Notes under the pieces: model-generated
Seen by the model: only the letters and a program-made list of their open reading frames with translations
Told to the model about the DNA's origin: nothing
The model's database searches: none
Source of the DNA: Candidatus Helarchaeota ASGARD archaeon Hel_GB_B
GTDB lineage: Archaea > Asgardarchaeota > Lokiarchaeia > Helarchaeales > HEL-GB-B
DNA length: 32,000 nt
Assembly (NCBI GenBank): GCA_005191425.1
Contig: SUPR01000021.1
Location: 8,142-40,141, forward strand
Reading direction: 5' to 3'
Part shown: positions 18,460 to 28,448 of the stretch, piece by piece
How the letters are laid out: every line of letters starts with the position of its first letter
Numbering within the stretch: the first letter of the stretch is position 1
Made by a program: the position numbers and the translations under genes

Positions 18460-18945
18460 ATAGAATTTAAAAAATGTAAATCGATATGAGTATCTTTTTT
18501 TAAATTATTAAATATTTATCCGTAAATTAAGATTTTAATTTTCCGAAAATTTTACAATTATTTTATATAATATTCCATTATTTTTAACTCATTTCGATAT
18601 TTTCTTCATTAGTAAAACAAAATGGTAGAAGTAAAAAGCATTATTTCATTGATATTAATAAATTGGCATTCAAACATATTTTAAGATAAATTCAAGGTTA
18701 TTTGAGAAAAGTTTCTTTAGAATATTTGGTCCTAAATTTTTAATTTAAAAAATTATTGTTTGAGATTAGGATAAATACGCTGTTATTCTTCTATAAAATT
18801 TTATTTTCTCAATTAATATTAATCGATAAAAAATATGAGTTTAAATATGAACCATTAGAAAAATTGGTAAATCATAGTAAATTAATCAAATTGCGTATAA
18901 AATTGAAATAATTTTATTAAATAATATTTAAAAAAAGGAATTAAT

Positions 18946-20178
18946 TTGATTAGAAATTTAGAAGGGTCTCAAAATTTGGAACTTTCAATAGAAAAACAAG
19001 AAAATTATTTGCCTAACGAGAATTTAGCATTTGAAATCACAAAAAGGCTAGCATTTCCTAGATTAATTGGCTCAGATGGAGAAAAAAAAGCGATTTTTAT
19101 TGTGAAAGACGAATTCAGAAAAATCGGACTTGAACCAATTAGTGAAAAATTTCAAACTTCATTTGCTAATTGGGTAATTATTAGATTATTGTTCTTAATT
19201 TTAGGGACAGGATTAATAGCGAGTTCAATAATGTTTTTCTATTATCCGTTTATAACATCTTTAATTTCCATTTTATATATTTTTATTTGTTTATATTTAT
19301 CTAAATTGTCCGGCGTAATTGGTACATTTGGAAAAACATATATTACAGAAAATATCATCGGAAAATTAAATTCAAAACTTGCAAATGCGAATGTTGTCTT
19401 AATGGCACATTGGGATTCCAAAGGTCAGAAATTTTCAGGGTCAGTCAGAATTATTACAATGATAATTTCTTTATTTGGAGTAATAGTTATTTCCACATTA
19501 TATTTAATATTCGGGGTTCTTTATTTACTGGGATTCTATAATTCACTAATAAACTATGGATTATTTATTGGGACAATTTGTGTAATTAGTATAAGTTTTA
19601 TAAATGTATTAAATAAAATAACTAACTGTTCACCTGGAGCTATAGATAACGCAGCATCAGTGGCGTCTTTATTGACTTTAGCACGTTATTTCCATTATAC
19701 TAATAATATTAAAAACCTTAATCTCTATTTTGTCGCTACAGGAAGTGAAGAACTTAATCTGGCAGGAGCTTCCTCATTTATAAAAAAACATAAACTGGAA
19801 TTTGAAGAGATCCCCACTTATTTCATTAATTTTGACTTAATTGGTGGGAGTGAAAAATTATTAATGATAAATTCCTATGGTTTTCCCAAAAAAACTACCT
19901 CTTTATTTCTCTATAATTTATTTAAAATGGAAAGTAAAAAATTAAACATCCCTTTCAAAGCCATGTATCTTCCATTTGGAGCTTGGTGCGACTTAATGCC
20001 AATATTAAATGAAGGGTTCGATGGTTGTTGGATTGCATCAGAAGGTACATTTTCGCTAGCACATACAACTAATGACTCAATATACAATGTGTCCAAAAAA
20101 GGCTTGAAAAATGGTATAGACTTGACTATTGAAGTCATTAAAAAAATTGATCGAATTTACCAGAATTTTATCAAATAA
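18946..20178 (+). CDS. M28 family metallopeptidase with inserted transmembrane segments
   Basis: RLIGS, MAHWDS, GAIDNAAS, GSEE, INFDLIG and AHT motifs. Two hydrophobic hairpins are inserted in the catalytic domain. Confidence 0.88.
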   Translation: MIRNLEGSQNLELSIEKQENYLPNENLAFEITKRLAFPRLIGSDGEKKAIFIVKDEFRKIGLEPISEKFQTSFANWVIIRLLFLILGTGLIASSIMFFYYPFITSLISILYIFICLYLSKLSGVIGTFGKTYITENIIGKLNSKLANANVVLMAHWDSKGQKFSGSVRIITMIISLFGVIVISTLYLIFGVLYLLGFYNSLINYGLFIGTICVISISFINVLNKITNCSPGAIDNAASVASLLTLARYFHYTNNIKNLNLYFVATGSEELNLAGASSFIKKHKLEFEEIPTYFINFDLIGGSEKLLMINSYGFPKKTTSLFLYNLFKMESKKLNIPFKAMYLPFGAWCDLMPILNEGFDGCWIASEGTFSLAHTTNDSIYNVSKKGLKNGIDLTIEVIKKIDRIYQNFIK

Positions 20179-20441
20179 TTTTTCTATTTTTTTAATTTAT
20201 AATTGAAATTTTTGTAGAAATTATCAATAAGCTTTATTTAACAACATTATTTTTTTCAAAGTTTTCAAATTTAATTTTAATATATCAATTTAGACCATAA
20301 AATTTGTCAACAAAATTATACTCTATTTTTCAAACTATTGATTTTACTACATATTTTATTAAAATAATTTATAGAAAAAATTAACTATGATCGTAATACA
20401 TAAATCAATGCATCTCAATATCATTTATTTAGGTGATTTAG

Positions 20442-21215
20442 ATATTATTTAAAAAAGATTGTCTGTTATTTGCTAAAGAAAAACCTGATTCTTACTATGA
20501 ACTAATTATAGCGGACCCACCTTATAATGATTGTATTAAAGCGGAATGGGATAACCAATGGAAAGATGATAATGAATATTTAAACTGGTTAGAAGTTCGT
20601 ATTAAAGAATTTAGTAGGATTCTAAAACCAAATGGAAACCTTCTAATGTACTGTAAACGGCAATTCAGTCATCATATTAAGATTATTCTAGACCAATATT
20701 TATACGAGCGGAGAATGATAATATGGGTTAGACGGAGAAATATGGACATAACTCGGGGTAAAACTTTAGCCAGTGGCTATGAACCTATTTTATGGTATAG
20801 TAAATCTGATCAATTTATTTTTAATTCAAAAGAAGCAAAAATTAAACCTCCAAAACGATTACTTCAAAGACCTGAATACCAAAAAGGTGGACGCTTGGAA
20901 AAGGGAATTTCTTTGACAGATGCCTGGACAGATATACCAGCATTACCCCATAATAGTAAAGAAAAAACGGAGCACCCAACGCAAAAACCCCTAAAAATTT
21001 CAAAAAGGATTGTAAAAATATTTTCAACCCCCAGTGGAACAGTCTATATACCATTTGCAGGTAGTGGTAGTGAGGTCTTGGCTTGTATTTTTTTAAATAG
21101 AAAATGGGACGCCACTGAAATCAACCCAACATATATAAATTTGATTAAAAAAAGGCTCAAAAATTGTCCTACAAGCATTGAACGATGGCTCCCCGTAAAA
21201 GAGAAAATTAATTGA
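20442..21215 (+). CDS. Orphan N6-adenine/N4-cytosine DNA methyltransferase, beta class (extends the 20646 ORF)
   Basis: The frame is open from 20442: ILFKKDCLLFAKEKPDSYYELIIADPPYN...RILKPNG. It contains HPTQKP and motif I PFAGSGS. AGGTGA at 20431-20436, then ATA at 20442. Confidence 0.9.
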   Translation: MLFKKDCLLFAKEKPDSYYELIIADPPYNDCIKAEWDNQWKDDNEYLNWLEVRIKEFSRILKPNGNLLMYCKRQFSHHIKIILDQYLYERRMIIWVRRRNMDITRGKTLASGYEPILWYSKSDQFIFNSKEAKIKPPKRLLQRPEYQKGGRLEKGISLTDAWTDIPALPHNSKEKTEHPTQKPLKISKRIVKIFSTPSGTVYIPFAGSGSEVLACIFLNRKWDATEINPTYINLIKKRLKNCPTSIERWLPVKEKIN

Positions 21216-21640
21216 CTTTTAGCACCAAAAATTCATAATTAATTTAACGTTATTTTAGAATTTGAAATTTTATAGTTTTAAGATTTTTGATTAATAGATT
21301 AATGATATTCATCAATCCGCTTAAAAATAAAATAATTTAGTAGATTTTCTTTTTAATACCCAAATTAAGCTATCATTAGGTTATATCTATACGGTTATGA
21401 TGCGCAGTATTTAAAAAATAACTTAATATGACCAATTTTCAGGTTAATTATATAATAACTGGAAAATATTAGAAAAAATGAGATATTGGAGAGAGTATTT
21501 AATGATCAAATAGTATAAATTAATTTAAATTACTGTGTATTACTAGGATAACAACTATTTCTGAATGATTTTATTTTAAAATGATATTTATATTCTTGAT
21601 TATCTATAAAATATAATATATTAATTATTAAATATTAATC

Positions 21641-22195
21641 GTGATTATAGTGCATAGAGGAAGATCAAAAAAAAGAATAGCAATTACAATTATTTTTATA
21701 GTTTCTGCTTTTATATCAATGGGATCATTTGTTGGACTTTATTATTTTTATTTACTGGGGCTAATATATTTAGGAATTTCATTAATAATTATATCGGGAA
21801 TTATTTTATTAATTAGTATTTGTCTATTTTTTTCGCAATCAAGGGAATCTGACATTTTTCTCTCAAGATTTGAAAAAAAAGAAGAACAAAAAATTGAGAA
21901 AGAAACTTTTGAAGCAAATAAAGATGAATACGAATATATTAAAAGATATTTTGAAGCTCCGCCCAAGAAGGCACCTTCAATAAAAGATCTTATTGAATAT
22001 CTAAGTGAATTCGAAAAAATCTCAATAACAGACATTACTAACCACTTTTATCCAAGAGATTTAATAGAAAATAAGGCTATGTTTGGAAATGTTTCTTGGA
22101 AAATTAAAGAGAAAATTTGGGATAACTATAGAAAAATTAAAAATGTAATAGAATTGATGATCTCAGAAAAAAAAATAGAAGGGTTTTTACGATAA
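21641..22195 (+). CDS. Two-TM protein with cytoplasmic PCI-like winged-helix C-terminus
   Basis: Two N-terminal TM helices. EFEKISITDIT...IELMISEKKIEGF resembles a PCI winged helix with an insertion. Confidence 0.55.
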   Translation: MIIVHRGRSKKRIAITIIFIVSAFISMGSFVGLYYFYLLGLIYLGISLIIISGIILLISICLFFSQSRESDIFLSRFEKKEEQKIEKETFEANKDEYEYIKRYFEAPPKKAPSIKDLIEYLSEFEKISITDITNHFYPRDLIENKAMFGNVSWKIKEKIWDNYRKIKNVIELMISEKKIEGFLR

Positions 22196-22464
22196 TTGGA
22201 TATAGAACTATATTATTTTAATCCAAATTATAATAAAAATTAAGAAATTTGAAAATAATTCTAAATTTTAATTGAAAATAAAATTCTAATAATAAATAAG
22301 GTGTGGGTATAGAAATTTTGCCAATTACTTTAAGAGAAAATTAATAGCAGTTGAGATTTAAATCGAGAATTTCAAAAATAATATTGTAGAGACGATTATT
22401 TTTAAATTATAAAATAAAAATGGAAAAAGTTAATTAATCTGAAAGAAAATAGGTTTTTTGGGCT

Positions 22465-23727
22465 ATGAACGACAAAAAATTGGTTGAATTAGATCAACAC
22501 ATTAAAGATAAGATTATTGAAATATTAACAGGACAGTGGTTAACTAGACCAGAAATTTTTGAAAAATTACCAAGGCTTACAAAAATAGAAGATGTACGAC
22601 TTATAAACAATTTTATTGAATCGCAAATAAATGAAGGAATTATTTCAAAAAAAATAATAGGTCATAGGCTTTCCTTTGGTATTTTTAAAAAGGAAGACTT
22701 AGAACCAGATATAAATAATCGTTCTGAAAATGAAATTAAATTAAAATCAAAAGCTTTACTAAAAAATTGGAGTGATACTGGATTAAGAGTAAAAGTTGGT
22801 AAAACAATTTATATAGACCCTGATTCAAAGAAAAAAGTTAAGCCAAATAAAAATGTTAAAGTCGGTAACAATTACTTTTTAGTGATAGATGGTAATAATG
22901 ACTTCAAACTAAAATCTAAAGAAAATAATTGGCATGGAAAGGGGACACAAGAAGACCCATATATTGTTGAAAATTTAATCATAGATGGAAATTCTAAAAA
23001 GGATGGTATTTTAATTAAAAATACTGATATTTGGTTCATTTTACATGAATGCTCAGTAAGAAGCTGTAAAAACTTCGGGATTTCACTTGAAAATGTTAAA
23101 AATTGCATAATAATAAAAAATAGAATTGTATTAAATAGTGGAACCGGATTAATTTTAAGAAATTCCTCTAAAATTCAAGTAGATAACAATTATTTTTTGA
23201 ATAATTTAATAGGAATTGAAATTAGTAACTCAGATTTAAATGAAATAAAAGCAAATGAAATAAATACCAATTCACAATCAGGAATTGTAATCGAATCCTC
23301 ATTAAATAATAACCTTGTTGATAATTTATATTCTTATAATGGAATTGGAATTGATATTAAGCAATCAAATAATTGTATTATTAAAGGGTGTGAAATTAAA
23401 TTAAATAAAAAAATTGGATTAAGACTAATTGATTGCTCAGAAAATGAAATCATTGAAAATATGATAATAAAAAATGGGACTGGAATTGAAATAATTAATT
23501 CTAATGTTAATCAAATACATAAAAATCAAATAAAGTTTAATCAAAATGATGGAATTGCTCTATTTAACTCATACGAAAATTTAATTGAAATGAATATGGC
23601 TATTAAAAATAAATGTGGAATATATTTAGACAGATGCGCTAAAAATATAATAAAAAATAATTTAACAGAATATAACCAAGAAAATGGAATATATCTTTTT
23701 CAATCATACGAAAATGAAGTCGCATAA
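22465..23727 (+). CDS. Right-handed parallel beta-helix (NosD/CASH-like) protein with N-terminal wHTH-like domain
   Basis: GKGTQEDPYIVENLII followed by about 22-aa repeats (GIxLxNSxxNxIxxNxI). No signal peptide or TM segment. Confidence 0.8.
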   Translation: MNDKKLVELDQHIKDKIIEILTGQWLTRPEIFEKLPRLTKIEDVRLINNFIESQINEGIISKKIIGHRLSFGIFKKEDLEPDINNRSENEIKLKSKALLKNWSDTGLRVKVGKTIYIDPDSKKKVKPNKNVKVGNNYFLVIDGNNDFKLKSKENNWHGKGTQEDPYIVENLIIDGNSKKDGILIKNTDIWFILHECSVRSCKNFGISLENVKNCIIIKNRIVLNSGTGLILRNSSKIQVDNNYFLNNLIGIEISNSDLNEIKANEINTNSQSGIVIESSLNNNLVDNLYSYNGIGIDIKQSNNCIIKGCEIKLNKKIGLRLIDCSENEIIENMIIKNGTGIEIINSNVNQIHKNQIKFNQNDGIALFNSYENLIEMNMAIKNKCGIYLDRCAKNIIKNNLTEYNQENGIYLFQSYENEVA

Positions 23728-23839
23728 TTTCAATACTTCAAGTATATTTTGTTCCATGACTTTTTAAATTTTTTTCCTGCTAGTTAAATCTTTAATTCAA
23801 GTGAAAGACCTTTTTTATCGAAATTAAGGTGTACAAACT

Positions 23840-24892
23840 ATGACTGAATTCAATAAAAAAAATGCCTTAAAAATTATTAACAGCGTTGCACCAATTCGTA
23901 TATGCGATATTGGAGGATGGACAGACACATGGTTTTCAGAATTTGGTAAGATATTTAATATTGGAGTATATCCATATGCCGAAGTTCAAGTTGAGATCTA
24001 TTCTATGAAAGAAAATAACCAAATAATTATACAAGCAGAGAATTTTGGGGATCGATATATCGTTGACCATGAAAATATGCAATACAAACACCCATTAATC
24101 GAAGCTTCAATTAAAAAAATGAACTTACCTAAAAACTTAACTTATCAAATTAACATATTTTCTGAAGCGCCTATAGGTGCATCAACTGGTACTTCTTCAG
24201 CTGTTTCTGTTGCTTTAATTGGCGCCTTAAACCATTTTAATAGGTCCAATTTAAACCTTAAAGATATTGCGTATACAGCTCATTATATTGAAACAAAAAT
24301 GCTGAATCAACAGAGCGGAATTCAAGATCAAATATGTTCTGCTTTTGGCGGAATAAATTTCATTGATATGTATAAATACCCCTATGCAAGAATACATAAA
24401 ATTAAATTACCAAATCCGATTTGGTGGGAATTAGAACGAAGATTATTATTAATTTATTTAGGTAAATCACACAATTCTTCAAAAATGCATGAAAAAGTAA
24501 TTAAGGAATTAGAAAATGAATGCCCGAATAATAGGAAATTAAATGATTTAAGAAAATTAGCTTTAAAAGCAGTAAATGCAATTAGAAAAGGAGATTTTAA
24601 TGAATTTGGAGAAATAATGGTAAAAAATACATTAGCCCAAGAACAACTCCATTATGAATTAATATCAAAGGAAGCTCGCAAAGTTATTGAAATTGCAAAA
24701 GAATATGGCGCTTTGGGATATAAAATTAACGGTGCTGGAGGCGATGGCGGTTCATTAACAATATTATGCAATCCATTATCCCATATTAAAAGAAATATGA
24801 TAAGATCAATTGAAGATGAAAATAAGATTTTTAAAAATATACCTATTTACTTAAGTAGAAGAGGTTTGAGAGTTTGGGAATCATTAAATTAA
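23840..24892 (+). CDS. GHMP kinase, HddA (heptose-7-phosphate kinase)/fucokinase-like
   Basis: APIRICDIGGWTD, PIGASTGTSSA, SGIQDQ...AFGG and KINGAGGDGG. AGGTGT at 23827-23832. Confidence 0.88.
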   Translation: MTEFNKKNALKIINSVAPIRICDIGGWTDTWFSEFGKIFNIGVYPYAEVQVEIYSMKENNQIIIQAENFGDRYIVDHENMQYKHPLIEASIKKMNLPKNLTYQINIFSEAPIGASTGTSSAVSVALIGALNHFNRSNLNLKDIAYTAHYIETKMLNQQSGIQDQICSAFGGINFIDMYKYPYARIHKIKLPNPIWWELERRLLLIYLGKSHNSSKMHEKVIKELENECPNNRKLNDLRKLALKAVNAIRKGDFNEFGEIMVKNTLAQEQLHYELISKEARKVIEIAKEYGALGYKINGAGGDGGSLTILCNPLSHIKRNMIRSIEDENKIFKNIPIYLSRRGLRVWESLN

Positions 24893-25059
24893 GATTATTT
24901 ACTTAAAAAATCTTCATAAGTAGTTATTGTAATTTATTTCTTTTGTAAATACTATAATAAACTTCTATTAAATATGAGTTTTAATAATTTATGTTCATTT
25001 CTGACTTATTTTAACATTAAATTTTTAAAAAATTAAATTTATAGACTAATATTTCGCTA

Positions 25060-25443
25060 TTATTCTTGAATTTCAAAAATATTTCCAAAAAAATCTTTAA
25101 TAAATAAATAATAACCATTTCCTTGTGGCTTATCAATTTTAATTACATCAACCCCTAAAGATTTTGCTTTTTGATAAAAAACGTCTCTATTCTCGATTAC
25201 AATCCCTAAATGGTTAATAGATTTTTCTTGCTTTATTTCTTTATTTGAAATGAAGACTTCAATATCAATTTCTTTAGATTTATATCTTATGACTTTTAAT
25301 TCCTCGTTTATTGAAAAAATTTTATTCATTAATTCTTTAGAAATAATAAAACTATATGCTTTGTCCATACCTAATAATTCCATATAAAATTTGTCACTTT
25401 CTTCTTCTGAGTTCGATAAAATAGCATAATGATTAAATTTCAT
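25060..25443 (-). CDS. VOC family (glyoxalase/bleomycin resistance) protein
   Basis: FNHYAI...FYMELLG, INHLGI, and FIKDFFGNIFEI. AGGTGT upstream. Confidence 0.88.
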   Translation of the reverse strand: MKFNHYAILSNSEEESDKFYMELLGMDKAYSFIISKELMNKIFSINEELKVIRYKSKEIDIEVFISNKEIKQEKSINHLGIVIENRDVFYQKAKSLGVDVIKIDKPQGNGYYLFIKDFFGNIFEIQE

Positions 25444-25689
25444 TAATTATTAACACCTTTATTTATATTTGATAATTAAATTTAAATATTAATTTTTAAA
25501 AATTTTATATCACCTTCCAATTTAGTTTCTTATGTTGAGAAAATTAAATTTTTTTTAATGATTACATAAAAATTCTAAGAAATTTCTATTTTAATAAAAA
25601 AATTTAATAAATAAAATGAAAATGTTTCGTTAGAATTCATAGACCATTAAAATACATTTGTTATTAAAATTTTAAAGGCTTGACGCTAA

Positions 25690-26403
25690 TTGGAAGATAT
25701 AACGAAAATGGATCTAATATTTTTAGGACTTTTATATATTTTTCAAGTTTTGACTTTATGGTTGTATAATTATATTGCCATTTATTTTGGCACTTCGATC
25801 GCTGAATTCTTAACAGGTGTGTCGCAATGGCCGGGTATTGCAGATCTCCTTACTAATTATGGTACTACATACACTTTTATAATCGGAATATTTTGTTTGA
25901 TAAGTGGTATTGGTCTTATTAAAGAGAGAGCTTGGGCTTGGGGGTCTGCCATGGTCGTTTTAACGTTTATTATAGCTCAGACGGCAATTTCAACTATTGG
26001 GTCTATTCTAACTTATAATTGGTTTAATGCAAATACATTTATCAACATTACAATATTACTAATAGCAATAATGGGAATAATACTAGAAAAACCATGGAAA
26101 TCCGAAAATAAAATAGAAAAAAGGATTAAAGTCGCCTCAATTAGCTATGAAAAAATTAATATTGAAAAATTATCCAAGGTTATTAAAATAAAAAAGAATG
26201 ATTTAGTAGACCGTATTACAGAAATGATTTGTGAAAACATTATTAGCGGACGAATTACACTCCCATATATTTATTTTGATTGTGAAACTAACAAAAGAAG
26301 ACTTAGTAAAAGTTCGACTCCTAAAAAAAAGAAAAAAAAGAGTAAAAATAAAAAAACACAAATAAATAAAAAAAATTCCCCAAATAAAGAAGAAAAAAAG
26401 TAG
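25690..26403 (+). CDS. Multi-TM membrane protein with PCI-like winged helix and Lys-rich tail
   Basis: About 4 TM segments, then SYEKINIEKLSKVIKIKKNDLVDRITEMICENIISGRI, then a poly-Lys tail. Confidence 0.7.
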   Translation: MEDITKMDLIFLGLLYIFQVLTLWLYNYIAIYFGTSIAEFLTGVSQWPGIADLLTNYGTTYTFIIGIFCLISGIGLIKERAWAWGSAMVVLTFIIAQTAISTIGSILTYNWFNANTFINITILLIAIMGIILEKPWKSENKIEKRIKVASISYEKINIEKLSKVIKIKKNDLVDRITEMICENIISGRITLPYIYFDCETNKRRLSKSSTPKKKKKKSKNKKTQINKKNSPNKEEKK

Positions 26404-26709
26404 AATGAATTAATAATCCCTAAAGGACAAATTTACAAAAGTAATTTTCTAAATTAATTAGAATAATGATTTGAAATAATATAAAAATAATAATAAATAA
26501 ATTTTTTCCCCTTTTTAATTAAAATTGTTTTGCTGGATTATTGAAAAAATAGAAACAATACTATTTGCATAGATTTTAAATTGGATTTAATAGATTTTTT
26601 TAAAATAAGAAACTATAGACCAAAAATTTAAAAATATATTTTAAAATCATTTAAATGACTCTAAAAGCATTTCTTTTAAAAAAAATGTTGAAAATAATGG
26701 TGATTTATT

Positions 26710-26895
26710 ATGCCAAAAATCACGGTTGATGAAAGTAAATGTACTGGTTGTGGTACTTGCGCAGAAAATTGCCCTTCGGAAGTTTATGAAATAATTGACA
26801 ATAAATCAAAAGTAGTCAACCCAGATGAATGCATTGAATGCTTAGCTTGCGTTGAAAATTGTCCTGAAGGAGCGATTACAGTCGAGTCTGATTAA
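26710..26895 (+). CDS. 2x[4Fe-4S] ferredoxin
   Basis: CTGCGTCAENCP and CIECLACVENCP motifs. Confidence 0.95.
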   Translation: MPKITVDESKCTGCGTCAENCPSEVYEIIDNKSKVVNPDECIECLACVENCPEGAITVESD

Positions 26896-27248
26896 ATAAA
26901 GATTAAATATTCTATTTTTCTTCTTTTTTTATATTTTTTAAATTTAATTCTTTTTGCTACTAAGATATACGGAATAAATAGATTATTGCTTGTTTATTCT
27001 AAAAGAGACTCTTTTTATAGTATGTTATTTAAAGAATTTAACTTGACCAAATTTTCTTTTTGAATATTAAATAAACAATTTTAAGATTAAAAATAATTTG
27101 CAACAAATATTTAACTCATTTTTATTTTACTACATTAATTTATAAGGCTAAATCATTGTAAAAAATGATAGAATTAAATAATGAAAAAATGCAGATTTGA
27201 TTTTTTGATAAACATTTTTATTGAATTAAAGTCAAGGAATATAGAAAA

Positions 27249-28448
27249 ATGTTATCAGTTCAAGAAACAAACAATTTAATCGAATATACAAGTAAAATAT
27301 TTGATAAATTATTTGCAGGCAGATTTCTGGTCGAATCAAAATTATTTCCAGTCTCAGAATATGTATTAGTTGCTTGCGTAAATGCATATGAAAAGTTTTA
27401 TGAGCAATTAAAGAAATTAAATGATAAGATTTCGGCAAAACAAATTGCAAGAAGGGAAAAAGGTAAATTATTTACTGAAATTACGCCATTACATATTTTT
27501 GATGTTCATATGTTTCCGTTATTTGGACGGATGTGTAGAATTTCAAATGTTTTTCATAATGACCCAATGAAAGAAAGTGAAGAGAAATTTGACCAAATAA
27601 GATATATATTGACATTTTGGAAAGAATTAGCGAGCGAATATTACGGGGGGCCTTTATCAGTTGATGAGATGGACGGTAAATGTCAAATTGCTTCTTCAGA
27701 TTCATTGAATATTATTAAAGACCATTTACAAAGCCCATCTGACCAAAAAGAAGTAAGTCAAGTCCGAAAAATGGTGGCTCATCTAGAGCAATTGGCTTTT
27801 TTAGATGAATGTGAGTCAAGAATGAAAATTAGTAATCATGGTCCTTATTATACTGATTTAAATGAAAAAATTGTTGTTACTGAGATAATACATCTTTATG
27901 ATGGTAAAAAAGCCCAATGGCCATGGTCTGAAACTAAAGATTTCGCGCCATATTCAAATTTATTGATTGCCTATCAATTAAGTGAGAATGTCAAATGTAA
28001 ATTCAATGATTGGGGTACTTTGATTACAGACCCGATTGATTTTAAAAGATATATCACAAAATACTGTCTAATTTCTAAAAAAAATAATAAGTTAATCCAA
28101 CTTGGACTTGATGATGTTAAAGATTTTGAAACATATTCTAAATCTGCCCATAAAGAACTTTACATAAAATTTGCAAAATGGTCAAAAAAGGAACGACTAG
28201 AAGCAGGAGCATTAGTATATAATAAAAACTTCGATAGATTTACAAATATTGTTAATATAACAGATAAAATAGACTGGAGTATTAGCGAAAATGTGAAAAA
28301 TTTTGAACTTAAACATTTTTTAAATAATGAAATTATAGATTTTAGAGTAGGTAATTGGGTAATGCGGTCTAACAGAAAAAGAAAAATTCATCCGACCTAC
28401 TTTAAAAGAGAAATAGTTGATTTAAAGCGGATTGGAGGTAAATTTTGA
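27249..28448 (+). CDS. Conserved-looking hypothetical soluble protein, possible enzyme
   Basis: 399-aa ORF with normal globular composition and a motif-like FLDECESRMKISNHGPY stretch. Family not recognised. Confidence 0.75.
   Translation: MLSVQETNNLIEYTSKIFDKLFAGRFLVESKLFPVSEYVLVACVNAYEKFYEQLKKLNDKISAKQIARREKGKLFTEITPLHIFDVHMFPLFGRMCRISNVFHNDPMKESEEKFDQIRYILTFWKELASEYYGGPLSVDEMDGKCQIASSDSLNIIKDHLQSPSDQKEVSQVRKMVAHLEQLAFLDECESRMKISNHGPYYTDLNEKIVVTEIIHLYDGKKAQWPWSETKDFAPYSNLLIAYQLSENVKCKFNDWGTLITDPIDFKRYITKYCLISKKNNKLIQLGLDDVKDFETYSKSAHKELYIKFAKWSKKERLEAGALVYNKNFDRFTNIVNITDKIDWSISENVKNFELKHFLNNEIIDFRVGNWVMRSNRKRKIHPTYFKREIVDLKRIGGKF

Noticed and set aside
18588-18689. Start-less fragment LVKQNGRSKKHYFID resembling a wHTH wing
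   Set aside because: Only 33 codons between stops, so it cannot be distinguished from chance.
20408-20452. ATG-started MHLNIIYLGDLDII*, resembling an MTase N-terminus (possible frameshift)
   Set aside because: The main frame already supplies a correctly spaced DCL...DPPY N-terminus, and the GD comes from the AGGTGA SD. It cannot be fully excluded as a regulatory uORF.
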